A stretch of DNA of 64,000 nucleotides from an uncultured Sphingomonas sp. (GCA_966186155.1 CBIFVW010000001.1:3543-67542); one strand, 5' to 3'; counted from the first letter of the stretch, positions 16,607-25,696 are shown. Numbers and translations are program-made. The notes: generated by a model not told the origin, from the sequence alone.

Positions 16607-17578
16607 ATGTCGGTTCGCATGGCCTTGGCGAAACTCTGCGCCTGCACCTGTGGGGGCGCAGTCATCGGCGGCGGCGGCGTGTACGTCACCGAACGGATCC
16701 AGCAGCCCCGCGTGGTGAAGCAAGTCACCGTCGCGAAGAAGCGAGTCGTGCGGCGCACCGTCGCGCGGCCCGCGAGACGAGTCGTGAAGCGCACCGTCAC
16801 CACCACGACGCAGGGCCAGCCCCAGGTCGTGGTCGTCACTGCGCAGGGCGCGCCGATCCCGACTCCCCCGCCCCTTTATGGATCGAGCGGCGAGATGCCG
16901 ATCGTCTCGTCGAGCGGTTCGTCGTCCAGCTCGGGCGGCGTGATCGGCGGCTCGGGTGGCGGCGGCTTCATCGGCGGCTTCTTCGCGGGCGGCTTCTTCG
17001 GTGGTTCGAGCTCGGGCAGCAGCAGCGGCTCGAGCGGCATCAATATCGAGATCTCGTCATCCAACTCGTCGGGCGGGTCGACTTCGACCTCCACCGGCGG
17101 TTCGTCGACCTCGACCGGTGGCTCCTCGACCTCCACCTCGACCGGCGGGTCGTCGACCTCCTCGTCGAGCGGCCAGGTGAGCTCGACCTCGTCGTCGAGC
17201 GGCGACGTCTCCTCCTCGACCTCGTCTTCGTCGAGCGGCGACGTCTCGTCGTCGACTTCGTCCTCGACCAGCTCGTCGAGCTCGGGCGACGTGTCCTCGT
17301 CGACCTCGTCCTCCAGCTCGTCGTCGTCGAGCTCGTCGAGCTCCTCGTCGGGATCGAGCGGCTGGAGCAATTCGAGCGGCTGGCACGGATCGAGCGGCTG
17401 GCATGGCTCCAGCGGCCATCACGGATCGAGCGGCGGCAGCAGCGGCGGCTCGTCGGGCGGCCCGGCCCCGGTCCCGGCCCCGCCGATGATCCTGCTGTTC
17501 GGCGGCGCCGCAGCGGCGCTGGTCGCCCGCAAGCGCTTCGGCAAGAAGGCGCCGAAGGACTCCGGCACCGACGCCTGA
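16607..17578 (+). CDS. Ser/Gly/Thr-rich tandem-repeat envelope protein with an N-terminal hydrophobic segment and a PEP-CTERM-like C-terminal sorting signal (hypothetical)
   Basis: 323 aa. The N-terminus is MALAKLCACTCGGAVIGGGGVYV, followed by the basic repeats KRVVRRTVA/RRVVKRTVT. A long low-complexity core follows (SSSGDVSSSTSS..., SSGWHGSSGWHGSSGHHGSS). The C-terminus is PAPVPAPPMILLFGGAAAALVARKRFGKK (Pro motif, TM helix, basic tail). The opposite strand is also open; see findings. Confidence 0.6.
   Translation: MSVRMALAKLCACTCGGAVIGGGGVYVTERIQQPRVVKQVTVAKKRVVRRTVARPARRVVKRTVTTTTQGQPQVVVVTAQGAPIPTPPPLYGSSGEMPIVSSSGSSSSSGGVIGGSGGGGFIGGFFAGGFFGGSSSGSSSGSSGINIEISSSNSSGGSTSTSTGGSSTSTGGSSTSTSTGGSSTSSSSGQVSSTSSSSGDVSSSTSSSSSGDVSSSTSSSTSSSSSGDVSSSTSSSSSSSSSSSSSSSGSSGWSNSSGWHGSSGWHGSSGHHGSSGGSSGGSSGGPAPVPAPPMILLFGGAAAALVARKRFGKKAPKDSGTDA
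16900..17465 (+). repeat. degenerate in-frame tandem repeats inside the Ser-rich gene
   Basis: Three kinds of unit are present. ACCGGCGGxTCGTCGACCTC units of about 21-27 nt occur 3 times. GGCGACGT(C/G)TC...TCGTCGAGC units of about 36-48 nt occur 3 times. The 18-nt unit GGCTGGCACGGATCGAGC occurs 4 times at 17360..17431. Many GAGCTC/TCGA palindromes are present. Confidence 0.8.
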
Positions 17579-17599
17579 AGGCGGTCACTCCGCCTTCAG
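17575..17599. terminator. perfect hairpin spanning both stop codons of convergent genes
   Basis: CTGAAGGCGG-tcact-CCGCCTTCAG is a 10-bp stem. The left arm contains the TGA at 17576..17578 (+). The loop contains the stop of the minus-strand gene (17585..17587). Confidence 0.45.
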
Positions 17600-18043
17600 C
17601 AGCGCCTCCTCGATCTGCGGCACGGTGTGGCCGGTCAGGTCCTTGGCGATCTCGGCCTTGAGCCGGTCGGCCACTTCCTTGTGATAATGTTTGCGTAGCG
17701 CGCCCAGCGTGCGCGGCGGCGCGACGATGATCAGCGATTCGAACTCGTTCCGCAGCGCGCGCTCCTTGAGCAGCTGCGCCGCCTCGGCCGCGAACCGGTC
17801 TTCCTCGAGCTGGTGGAAGTCCACTTCGTCCATATTGCCCGCGCCCCATTGCGCGCCCGCGGTCCGCGTGCCCATCGCCCCGCCGGCAAGGTCGGTCGCC
17901 TGCTCGTTGTGATCGGGATTGTGCTTGTCGATCAGCTTCTTCTCGACCTGCAGGTTCGGGATCAGCGCATCGCCCTCGTTCCGCAGGAACAAGAGCTTGC
18001 GCCCGTCGGCGACCATGACGAATGCGTCGTGCGGAAGCTGCAT
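17585..18043 (-). CDS. host-attachment-protein family (Host_attach, bacterial eRF1-like fold) protein
   Basis: ATG at 18043 follows GAAGGAGA. 152 aa. FVMVADGRKLLFLRNEGD...DLAGGAMGTRTAG...EEDRFAAEAAQLLKERALRNEFESLIIVAPPRTLGALRKHYHKEV...DLTGHTVPQIEE matches that family. Confidence 0.7.
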   Translation of the reverse strand: MQLPHDAFVMVADGRKLLFLRNEGDALIPNLQVEKKLIDKHNPDHNEQATDLAGGAMGTRTAGAQWGAGNMDEVDFHQLEEDRFAAEAAQLLKERALRNEFESLIIVAPPRTLGALRKHYHKEVADRLKAEIAKDLTGHTVPQIEEALLKAE

Positions 18044-18136
18044 CTTCGCGTCTCCTTCGTTTCGCTTCTCTCCCCATAACGCCGCCGCCACCGGCAGGGT
18101 TGCGCGGGCCCGGCGGCCCGGCCATAGCGCTCGGCC

Positions 18137-19435
18137 ATGCACGACATCCGCGCCATCCGAGAGAATCCCGAGGCCTTCGACGCCGGTCTCGCCCGCCGCG
18201 GGCTCGAGCCCCAGGCGGCCGAACTGATCGCGCTCGACGAGAAACGCCGCGCGCTGATCACCGAGCTCCAGGCCGGTCAGACGCGTCGCAACGAGGCGTC
18301 AAAGGAAATCGGAGTCGCCAAATCGGGCAAGAGAGCAGGGTTCGGTGACAAGGAAATCCAGGACCTCGTCGCTCCGCTGATGGTGGAAGTGGCGACTCTC
18401 AAGGAGCGCCTCCCCATGCTCGAAGCCGAGGAGAAGGCCGCCGGTGAAGAGCTGGAATCCCGGCTCGCGTCGCTGCCCAACCTTCCCTATGCCGACGTTC
18501 CCGATGGCGCCGACGAAGACGACAATGCGCTGGTCGCCGCCGTCGGCGAGCCCGCCGTCCTCCCCTTCGAAGCGAAGGAGCATGACGCGATCGGCCCCGC
18601 GCTCGGCCTGGACTTCGAGACTGGGGCGCTGCTCTCGGGCGCACGGTTCACGCTCGTCCGTGGCGCCGCGGCCAAGCTCCATCGCGCTCTCGGCCAGTTC
18701 ATGCTCGATCGGCTCGAGGCCGAGGGCTATGAGCAGACCATCCCCCCGCTGCTCGTCCGCGACGAGGCGGTGTTCGGCACCGGCCAGCTCCCAAAGTTCG
18801 CCGAGGACCTGTTCCGCACCACCGACGGCCGCTGGCTGATCCCCACCGCCGAGGTGAGCCTCACCAACATCGTCCGCGAGCAGATCCTGGCCGAGGAGGC
18901 GCTGCCGCTGCGCTTCGCCGCGCTGACCCCCTGTTTCCGCTCCGAGGCCGGCGCGGCGGGGCGCGACACCCGCGGCTTCATCCGCCAGCACCAGTTCGAG
19001 AAGGTCGAGATGGTCTCGATCACCACGCCCGAACAGTCCGAGGACGAGCACGAGCGGATGACGCAATGCGCCGAGGGCATCCTCACCGCGCTCGGGCTGC
19101 CCTTCCGCCGTATGAAGCTCTGCACCGGCGACATGGGCTTCACCGCCGCGCGGACCTATGATCTCGAAGTGTGGCTGCCCGGCCAGGGCCGCTACCGCGA
19201 GATCTCGTCCTGCTCGACCTGCGGCGACTTCCAGGCGCGCCGCATGAACGCGCGCTACCGGCCGGAGGGCGAGAAAGCGACGCGCTTCGTCCACACGCTC
19301 AACGGCTCCGGCCTCGCGGTCGGCCGCACGCTGGTGGCGGTACTGGAGAATTACCAGCAGGCCGATGGGTCGGTCGCGGTGCCCGAGGCGTTGCAGCCCT
19401 ATCTCAAGGGCCTCGACCGGCTCGAACCACGCTGA
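18137..19435 (+). CDS. serS: seryl-tRNA synthetase
   Basis: 432 aa. N-terminal coiled-coil [22 protein letters not shown]. Class II motifs [25 protein letters not shown] and [21 protein letters not shown]. Confidence 0.95.
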   Translation: MHDIRAIRENPEAFDAGLARRGLEPQAAELIALDEKRRALITELQAGQTRRNEASKEIGVAKSGKRAGFGDKEIQDLVAPLMVEVATLKERLPMLEAEEKAAGEELESRLASLPNLPYADVPDGADEDDNALVAAVGEPAVLPFEAKEHDAIGPALGLDFETGALLSGARFTLVRGAAAKLHRALGQFMLDRLEAEGYEQTIPPLLVRDEAVFGTGQLPKFAEDLFRTTDGRWLIPTAEVSLTNIVREQILAEEALPLRFAALTPCFRSEAGAAGRDTRGFIRQHQFEKVEMVSITTPEQSEDEHERMTQCAEGILTALGLPFRRMKLCTGDMGFTAARTYDLEVWLPGQGRYREISSCSTCGDFQARRMNARYRPEGEKATRFVHTLNGSGLAVGRTLVAVLENYQQADGSVAVPEALQPYLKGLDRLEPR

Positions 19436-19526
19436 TCCACGCCGTCATCCCCGCAAATCGACGGACCTGACAGGCGCGCGAAAATGCGCGATATGCAGGG
19501 CTCGAATGGTTAACGGGCGGGGAGCG

Positions 19527-20600
19527 ATGGTGGGGGTTCGGATCATGGCGCCGCTGGCGCTGCTGGCGCTTGCCGGCTGCATCCCGCAGTCCGGTCAGCG
19601 CGCGCCGGCCTATGACGCGCCGCCCGAGCAGCGCCAGCAGCAGGGCTGGGAGCGTCCCGCGATCGGCACCGAGCAGGACGTCCGCGCCCTCCCCGCACCG
19701 CCGCCCGCCTGGGAGTCGCGGCGAGTCACTGCCGGCGCCCGCGAAGTGGCGAGCAGCACCTATGTCGTGCGCCCGGGCGATTCGCTCCGCTCGATCGCGA
19801 TCAAGACCGGCGCCGGCTCCGAGGCGATCGCACGCGCCAACGACATCCCGCCGCCCTTCGTCATCCGCCCAGGCCAGCGGCTGACCATCCCGGGCGGCCG
19901 CTACCATCTCGTCCGCGAAGGCGAGACCGGCATCGCGATCGCGCGCGCCTATGGGGTGCCCTGGTCGCGGGTGATCGCAGTCAACGATCTCGAGGAGCCG
20001 TACATCCTGCGCACCAATCAGCGGCTGCTGATCCCCGACGCCGGACCCGAGACGATCGAGCAGCGCGCGGCACGCTTCCATCTCGATCTCGGCGTCGACG
20101 ACATCGTCACCGGCGGCCAGCCCGCGCTATCGGCCAGGGAGAAGCCCGCCCGTCCGACCGCTTCGTCGGCGCGCGTGCTCGCGCCCACCGCCGCGGTGGC
20201 GGCGCCGGCGCGGCTCCGGGGCGGCTTCCAATGGCCGGTGAGCGGCGGGCGGCTGGTCACGCGCTTCGGCCCGGGCGCGAGCGGCGAACGCAATGACGGG
20301 ATCAAGATCGCCGTGCCGCTCGACACGCCGGTCCTCGCCGCCGCGGACGGAGTCGTCGCCTATGTCGGTTCGGACATCCCGGCGCTGGGCGGCCTCGTCA
20401 TCTTGCGCCATGGCGACGGATGGACCACGGTCTATGGCCATGCCGGCCAGCTGCTCGTCCAGCGCGGCCAGGCAGTGAAGAAGGGCCAGATGATCGCACT
20501 TTCGGGCAATTCGGGCTTTGCCGACCGGCCGGAGGTCCATTTCGAGATCCGCCAGGGCCGCACGCCCGTCGATCCGGTGCCGAGGCTGCCGGCGCGCTGA
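19527..20600 (+). CDS. nlpD: NlpD-like lipoprotein: two LysM domains plus a degenerate LytM (M23) domain
   Basis: ATG at 19527 follows GGGGAG. Lipobox LLALAGC. LysM blocks YVVRPGDSLRSIA and HLVREGETGIAIA. The M23 domain has NDGIKI where HxGxD is expected and EVHFEIR where HLHFE is expected. Metal ligands therefore look lost, as in amidase-activator NlpD/EnvC proteins. Confidence 0.8.
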   Translation: MVGVRIMAPLALLALAGCIPQSGQRAPAYDAPPEQRQQQGWERPAIGTEQDVRALPAPPPAWESRRVTAGAREVASSTYVVRPGDSLRSIAIKTGAGSEAIARANDIPPPFVIRPGQRLTIPGGRYHLVREGETGIAIARAYGVPWSRVIAVNDLEEPYILRTNQRLLIPDAGPETIEQRAARFHLDLGVDDIVTGGQPALSAREKPARPTASSARVLAPTAAVAAPARLRGGFQWPVSGGRLVTRFGPGASGERNDGIKIAVPLDTPVLAAADGVVAYVGSDIPALGGLVILRHGDGWTTVYGHAGQLLVQRGQAVKKGQMIALSGNSGFADRPEVHFEIRQGRTPVDPVPRLPAR

Positions 20601-20944
20601 TGCTCGAGCGTGCGCTGCCGGTCCTGATGCTGATCGCGTCGAACGTCTTCATGACGTTCGCCTGGTACGGGCATCTCAAGTTCAAGCAGGCGCCGCTCGT
20701 CTTCGTGATCTTCGCGAGCTGGGGGATCGCCTTCATCGAATATTGCCTGGCCGTCCCCGCCAACCGCTGGGGCAGCGCGGTCTATTCCGCGGCACAGCTC
20801 AAGGCGATCCAGGAAGTGGTGACGCTCACCATCTTCGCGGGCTTCTCGATCCTCTATCTCGGCCAGAAGATCACGCACAACCACCTGATCGGCTTCGCGC
20901 TGATCGCGGCGGGCGCGTGGTTCGTGTTCCGCGCGCCCGCCTGA
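20600..20944 (+). CDS. DMT-superfamily small membrane protein (DUF486)
   Basis: The ATG overlaps the nlpD stop (TGATG). 114 aa. MLIASNVFMTFAWYGHLKF...FASWGIAFIEYCLAVPANRWG...LKAIQEVVTLTIF matches DUF486. Confidence 0.75.
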   Translation: MLERALPVLMLIASNVFMTFAWYGHLKFKQAPLVFVIFASWGIAFIEYCLAVPANRWGSAVYSAAQLKAIQEVVTLTIFAGFSILYLGQKITHNHLIGFALIAAGAWFVFRAPA

Positions 20945-20948
20945 GCGC

Positions 20949-21353
20949 TCAGCTCAACAGGTCGAGCAGCACGCCCATCACGCAATACATCACCACCCAA
21001 TAGCCGGCATCGATCAGGAAGAGCCGACGGCTCATCTGCGAGAAGAGGTAGTTCACGCCGATCGAGGTGACGATGAACCCCAGCGCGATGCCGCCGGCGA
21101 TCATCACCGACAGGCCGAGGTTCGGATCGCCATAGGTGCCCAGCACATGATCGAGCACGAAGGCGGCGATCAGGTTGAGCACGAAGGCAGTCCCGAAGAT
21201 CAACGGCATGTTCGCGCCGGCCGCATCCTCCTTGCAGATTCCGCGCTCCGCCATCCATGCCTTGCCGAACAGCGGACCGTACCAGATCGCGCCCACCGCG
21301 AACCCCGCGACCGCCGCGGCGAGCACCGCTAGCCAGTGAATTTCCGTTCCCAT
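20949..21353 (-). CDS. DUF1761 membrane protein
   Basis: MGTEIHWLAVLAAAVAGFAVGAIWYGPLFGKAWM is the typical DUF1761 N-terminus. I prefer the ATG at 21353 (GAGG 8 nt upstream) over the ATG at 21359. Confidence 0.7.
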   Translation of the reverse strand: MGTEIHWLAVLAAAVAGFAVGAIWYGPLFGKAWMAERGICKEDAAGANMPLIFGTAFVLNLIAAFVLDHVLGTYGDPNLGLSVMIAGGIALGFIVTSIGVNYLFSQMSRRLFLIDAGYWVVMYCVMGVLLDLLS

Positions 21354-21449
21354 CTGCATCCCCCTCACATTCGTTGCGAGGACGGCACGATACCCCCGTA
21401 GTCGTCCGACTGGCAATTTCCGCCAAAATCCCTATGTGGCGCGCCAATC

Positions 21450-22781
21450 ATGGCAACCAAACTCCCCGAGGCGCCCCGCGTGGGCATGGTGTCGCTCGGC
21501 TGTCCCAAGAACCTGGTCGACAGCGAGCGGATCCTCACCAAGCTGCGCAGCGACGGCTATGCGATGTCCCCCGACTATGCCGGGGCGGACGTCGTGCTGG
21601 TCAACACCTGCGGCTTCCTCGACAGCGCCAAGGAGGAGTCGCTCGAAGCGATCGGCGAGGCGATCGCCGAGAACGGCCGCGTCATCGTCACCGGCTGCAT
21701 GGGCAAGGAAGCCGAGGTGATCCGCGCCCGCTTCCCCAACGTGCTCGCGGTCACCGGCGCGCATCAATATGAGGAAGTCGTCGGCGCGGTGCACGAGGCG
21801 GCGCCGATGCCCCCCTCGCCCTTCGTCAACCTGGTGCCCGAAGCCGGGCTCAAGCTCACGCCGCGCCACTACAGCTATCTGAAGATCTCCGAGGGCTGCA
21901 ACCATCGCTGCGCCTTCTGCATCATCCCGAGCCTGCGCGGCGACCTGGTCAGCCGCCGCCCCGACGCGATCCTGCGGGAGGCCGAGAAACTGGTCGAGGC
22001 GGGCACCAGGGAGCTGCTGGTCATCAGCCAGGACACGTCGGCCTACGGAGTCGACATCCGCAAGGAGCCGCGCATGTGGAAGGGCCGCGAAATCGTCCCC
22101 CACATGACCGATCTCGCCCGCGAGCTCGGGCGGATCGCGCCCTGGGTGCGGCTCCATTACGTCTATCCCTATCCGCATGTCGACCAGGTCATCCCGTTGA
22201 TGGCCGAGGGGCTCGTGCTCCCCTATCTCGACATCCCCTTCCAGCACGCCTCGCCTTCGGTGCTGCGGTTGATGAAGCGGCCCGCCAACGAGGCCAAGGT
22301 GCTCGAGCGGCTCAAGAACTGGCGCTCGATCGCGCCGGACATCACGATCCGCTCGACCTTCGTGGTGGGCTTCCCCGGCGAGACCGAGGCGGACTTCCAA
22401 TATCTGCTCGATTGGCTCGACGAGGCGCAGCTCGACCGAGTCGGCGCGTTCCGCTTCGAGCCGGTCGAAGGCGCGGCCGCCAACGATCTCCCCGGAGCGG
22501 TGCCCGAGGAAGTCAAGGAAGAACGCTACGCCCGGATCATGGAAAAGACCGCCGCCATCTCGGCCGCGAAGCTTCGGGCCAAGATCGGCCGGACGCTCGA
22601 AGTGATCGTCGACGAAGTCGGCGAGGAAGGCGGCGCCACCGGCCGCAGCCAGGCCGACGCCCCCGAGATCGACGGCGAGGTCTTCCTGCGCGATGCCGGG
22701 CATCTGAAGCAGGGCGACATCGTCAAGGTCGAGATCGAGGACGCCGACGAGCACGATCTCTACGGCGTACCGGTGACGTGA
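21450..22781 (+). CDS. rimO: ribosomal protein S12 methylthiotransferase RimO (radical SAM)
   Basis: 443 aa. Motifs: [18 protein letters not shown], the radical-SAM block [13 protein letters not shown], and a C-terminal TRAM domain. Confidence 0.95.
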   Translation: MATKLPEAPRVGMVSLGCPKNLVDSERILTKLRSDGYAMSPDYAGADVVLVNTCGFLDSAKEESLEAIGEAIAENGRVIVTGCMGKEAEVIRARFPNVLAVTGAHQYEEVVGAVHEAAPMPPSPFVNLVPEAGLKLTPRHYSYLKISEGCNHRCAFCIIPSLRGDLVSRRPDAILREAEKLVEAGTRELLVISQDTSAYGVDIRKEPRMWKGREIVPHMTDLARELGRIAPWVRLHYVYPYPHVDQVIPLMAEGLVLPYLDIPFQHASPSVLRLMKRPANEAKVLERLKNWRSIAPDITIRSTFVVGFPGETEADFQYLLDWLDEAQLDRVGAFRFEPVEGAAANDLPGAVPEEVKEERYARIMEKTAAISAAKLRAKIGRTLEVIVDEVGEEGGATGRSQADAPEIDGEVFLRDAGHLKQGDIVKVEIEDADEHDLYGVPVT

Positions 22782-22784
22782 AGC

Positions 22785-22808
22785 GAGGGGGCGCCGCGAC
22801 GCCCCCTC
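22785..22808. terminator. GC-rich hairpin between convergent rimO and a small membrane-protein gene
   Basis: GAGGGGGCG-ccgcga-CGCCCCCTC is a perfect 9-bp stem lying between the stops at 22781 (+) and 22811 (-). Confidence 0.55.
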
Positions 22809-22810
22809 CT

Positions 22811-23086
22811 TCAGCGCGCCTTGGCACCCATCCCCATCACGGATTCGACGATTGTCGCGACGGCGAGGCCGCCGAAGAACGCCGTTCCGCCGGTGGCCAG
22901 CAATCCCTGATCGCGCAGCAGCGGCTCGAACACGACGACGGCGGCGATGCCCCCCACCGCGCCGAGAATGCCGTCGACAAGCCGCCACCAGGGCTCGGGA
23001 TCCGGATGCGGCGGACGCGGCCAGCGCCACCAGCCCGGCCATTTCGTGCCGCACCATCCCATCATCGCTGCAAAAGCGAACATCAT
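22811..23086 (-). CDS. hypothetical Trp-rich small membrane protein
   Basis: 91 aa. The ATG is preceded by GGGGAGG. The N-terminus is W/P-rich (WCGTKWPGWWRWPRPPHPDPEPWW), followed by two Gly-rich hydrophobic segments. No family was recognised. Confidence 0.5.
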   Translation of the reverse strand: MMFAFAAMMGWCGTKWPGWWRWPRPPHPDPEPWWRLVDGILGAVGGIAAVVVFEPLLRDQGLLATGGTAFFGGLAVATIVESVMGMGAKAR

Positions 23087-23232
23087 GTCAAAACCTCCCC
23101 TGTCCAGATATACATTGTTGGTTTGTTATGACGCGACCCAATAGCGATGAATAACAGGACTCAGAGTTGTGTCCACCACAGGTCCGGATCAACTGTGGAT
23201 ATCTCCGAATACGCACGGATCTTTATTTGCGA

Positions 23233-24039
23233 TCAATTGCCTGCCGTAGGATCCTCATACTTGCCACCGCTCGCGTCGTCCGCGGCATAGGCACCCATCG
23301 CGCGCCGGACGAGGAAGATAATCGCCACCACCGGGATCGCGAAGCTCATCACCCAAGGCAGCAGCGGGCCGTTCTGAAGCGCCGAAGCGCCGAACAGCTG
23401 GATCGATATTGGCCAGATGCCCCACTCGCCCGTGGTCCAGTTGAGTTGGAAGCTCACGAAGCCCAAGGCCGATCCGACCGCCCATAGCCATTTGCGCCGA
23501 AGACCGCGCGTGCGCAGAACCAGTACGAGCGCAGTGATCGAAGTCGCCACGGCCGCCAGCATCATCGCCAACCAGAAATAGTGGATCGCGCGCTTGCCCC
23601 GGAACGAGAATGCATGGGCAATCGATGGCGAGCGGTCGGCCGGCTGAACATACACGCCGGCAAGCCAGAGCCTTTCACCCTTCGGGTGCAGGATGATCTG
23701 AAGGATAGCCCAGCGCTGCCCGGTGCCGAGCTCGTAGTTGAACGTCTTGAAACTGCTGGTCTCGCCCCCGGCGGTCATTGCGTTCACACCGACGGTCATC
23801 AGCTTGGCCGGCCCGTCTGGCGTCAGGTCGCGGATCTGCGCGAGCATCCGGGGCGAGAAGTCCCGCATCGTGTCGGGATCGCTGGCCTCGGCGAGTTGCC
23901 GCATGTCGCCGCGCTGGATCGCCTGCACCATCTGCGCGGCGAAGGCGCGCTCCTGCGGCGTGCTCGCCCATTCGTTCCACCGCTGTATCGAGCATGCGGC
24001 GAGCACGAACAGCAGGATTCCGGCAATCAGTGCGCGCAT
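23233..24039 (-). CDS. hypothetical lipoprotein/membrane protein (N-terminal soluble domain plus about 4 TM C-terminal domain)
   Basis: 268 aa. RBS GGGGAGGG. Lipobox-like MRALIAGILLFVLAAC. C-terminal hydrophobic segments are present. GC is somewhat lower than in flanking genes, and the 3' intergenic region is AT-rich. Confidence 0.6.
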   Translation of the reverse strand: MRALIAGILLFVLAACSIQRWNEWASTPQERAFAAQMVQAIQRGDMRQLAEASDPDTMRDFSPRMLAQIRDLTPDGPAKLMTVGVNAMTAGGETSSFKTFNYELGTGQRWAILQIILHPKGERLWLAGVYVQPADRSPSIAHAFSFRGKRAIHYFWLAMMLAAVATSITALVLVLRTRGLRRKWLWAVGSALGFVSFQLNWTTGEWGIWPISIQLFGASALQNGPLLPWVMSFAIPVVAIIFLVRRAMGAYAADDASGGKYEDPTAGN

Positions 24040-24094
24040 CGGCCCTCCCCTTCCGATCGCTTCGTAACAGGCGCGCGCAGCCCGGAAAACAGGA

Positions 24095-24940
24095 TCAGGT
24101 TTCTAGGCAGCTGCGGATCGCCGCCGCCTCGGGCGTCGCGAGCGCGCTTCCGACGCCGCACAGATAGAGCGTGTTCGCGCAGCGTCCGCCTACCGGCTCC
24201 AACCCGAAGGCGAGACAGGCGTCGAGCGGCGCGATCGTCGCGCCGCGCCCGGCGCGGACGCTTGCCAGGGCTTCCTCGAGCTCGGTGCAATGGTCGTGGC
24301 GGTCGAGCGCGTCGGGTTGCCGCGCGAACAGGGCGGCGAACCAGCGGCCGAAGACATAGTCGTGCTCCTCGTAGGTCACGAAGCGCAGCCGCTCGATCTC
24401 GGGGAGGCTTACCGCCGCCTCCGCCCCGGCACCCACCAGCACCAGCGCTTCCTCCGCCACCGCAATGCTGTCGATCGGCGCCGAAACCACCGCGCGATAG
24501 GTGATCGCGAAGTCCACGCGCCCCATCGCCAGCGCGTCGAGCAGCTCGTCATGCGATCCGGTGATCAGGGTCAGCGGCCGCGCTTCGTCGATCGCGGCGA
24601 AAAGGCGGGAGGCGAGCCGGTACCGGCCGAAGCCGGTCACCGCGCCGATCCGGAGCGGCAGCAGCGACGGCTCGGGACGGCGGAGATGCTCGCGCACGCG
24701 CCCGATCTCGTCGAGCGCCCGCGCGATCGTCTCGTAGAGCGCACGCCCCTGCGGCGTGAGCCGCAGCGCGCGGCCCGAACGCTCCATCAGCGTCACGCCG
24801 ACATCGCGCTCGAAGCGCCTGAGGTCGCCGTGCACCGCCGGCGCCGACTTGCCGATCGCCCGCGCTGCCGCGGCGATGCCGCCCGCGCGGGCCACTGCGT
24901 GGAATACCGCCGCCCGGCGCAGATCCGCCCCTTCGAACAT
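24095..24940 (-). CDS. LysR-family transcriptional regulator
   Basis: 281 aa. N-terminal wHTH LRRAAVFHAVARAGGIAAAARAIGKSAPAVHGDLRRFERDVGVTLMER.GRALRLTPQGRAL, followed by a substrate-binding domain. Confidence 0.85.
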   Translation of the reverse strand: MFEGADLRRAAVFHAVARAGGIAAAARAIGKSAPAVHGDLRRFERDVGVTLMERSGRALRLTPQGRALYETIARALDEIGRVREHLRRPEPSLLPLRIGAVTGFGRYRLASRLFAAIDEARPLTLITGSHDELLDALAMGRVDFAITYRAVVSAPIDSIAVAEEALVLVGAGAEAAVSLPEIERLRFVTYEEHDYVFGRWFAALFARQPDALDRHDHCTELEEALASVRAGRGATIAPLDACLAFGLEPVGGRCANTLYLCGVGSALATPEAAAIRSCLET

Positions 24941-24954
24941 TCGACCTCACCTAA

Positions 24955-24982
24955 CGATAAGCCGTGATCTTCCAAATTATCG
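24955..24982. promoter_or_regulatory. inverted repeat in the divergent LysR promoter region (candidate LysR site)
   Basis: CGATAA-N16-TTATCG lies between the LysR start (24940) and the divergent gene start (25034). It contains a T-N11-A-like ATAA...TTAT core. Confidence 0.3.
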
Positions 24983-25033
24983 AAGTATCGGGAGAGATCT
25001 ACCCTGCGGCCATAGGAGGATTGGAGATTCGCC

Positions 25034-25675
25034 ATGCCCCACCGCCCGTTCCTCGCTCTGGCGTTGCTCGCTGTGCCGCTCCCCGCCCTCGCCCAGGCCG
25101 GCGGCACCGCGCATCTCTACGCCTATGCCCTCACCGACCGCCCGGCCTTCGAGGCGGGTTATCGCAGGCATCTCGAATGGCATGCGGCGAAGGCCGACAA
25201 GCTCGCCTGGTTCGCCTGGTACGTCACCGAGGGCGACCGCAAGGGCGCGTTCGTCGACGGCACGTTCGGCACCACGCCCGAGGCGCTCGCCGCTCGCCCT
25301 GATCCCGAAGGCGACGGCGCCGATTTCCGCGCCAACGCCGCACCCTTCGCCAAGGCGATCGGCGACGAAGGCTGGGAGCTGTGGCGCGAGGCGAGCAGCG
25401 CGACTCCGCTCGAGGATCGCAGGCCCGCGGCGGTGGTGAAGGTCCATGCGGTCGCCGTCACCGACGCGGCCCGGTTCGAGCGCGCCGTCCGCGCGCGGCC
25501 GATCCCGGGCGCGAGTTGGTACCGCGCCATCGGCACGGGCCCGGCCGCCTATCTCCTGGTCGCGCCCGCGGATTCGACGATGCCTCGCCTTCCCTTCGCC
25601 CGTATCGTCCGCTCCGAGACCTGGGCCTATGCCCCACGCCTCGCGCTGATGCCGGGAGAGCCCCTCGTCCCTTAG
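25034..25675 (+). CDS. hypothetical secreted protein
   Basis: 213 aa. RBS GGAGGA. Signal peptide MPHRPFLALALLAVPLPALAQA. No family was recognised. The gene is divergent from the LysR gene. Confidence 0.55.
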   Translation: MPHRPFLALALLAVPLPALAQAGGTAHLYAYALTDRPAFEAGYRRHLEWHAAKADKLAWFAWYVTEGDRKGAFVDGTFGTTPEALAARPDPEGDGADFRANAAPFAKAIGDEGWELWREASSATPLEDRRPAAVVKVHAVAVTDAARFERAVRARPIPGASWYRAIGTGPAAYLLVAPADSTMPRLPFARIVRSETWAYAPRLALMPGEPLVP

Positions 25676-25696
25676 GTAGGGTTGCCATTCGAAAGT

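Noticed and set aside
16876-17370. A hyper-acidic, proline-rich 164-aa ORF on the minus strand of the Ser-rich repeat region, with a TonB-like EPPKKPPAKKPP stretch.
   Set aside because: It shares its wobble position with the plus-strand frame, so its good GC3 is uninformative. It is shorter and lacks any terminal domain or signal. The plus-strand ORF extends beyond the repeats into a hydrophobic N-terminus and a sorting-signal-like C-terminus. I kept the ambiguity as part of a finding rather than calling it a gene.
16900-17465. The tandem repeats, considered as a possible CRISPR-like or satellite array.
   Set aside because: The units are short (18-48 nt), degenerate, contiguous without unique spacers, and in frame within a coding sequence. 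No cas genes are present.
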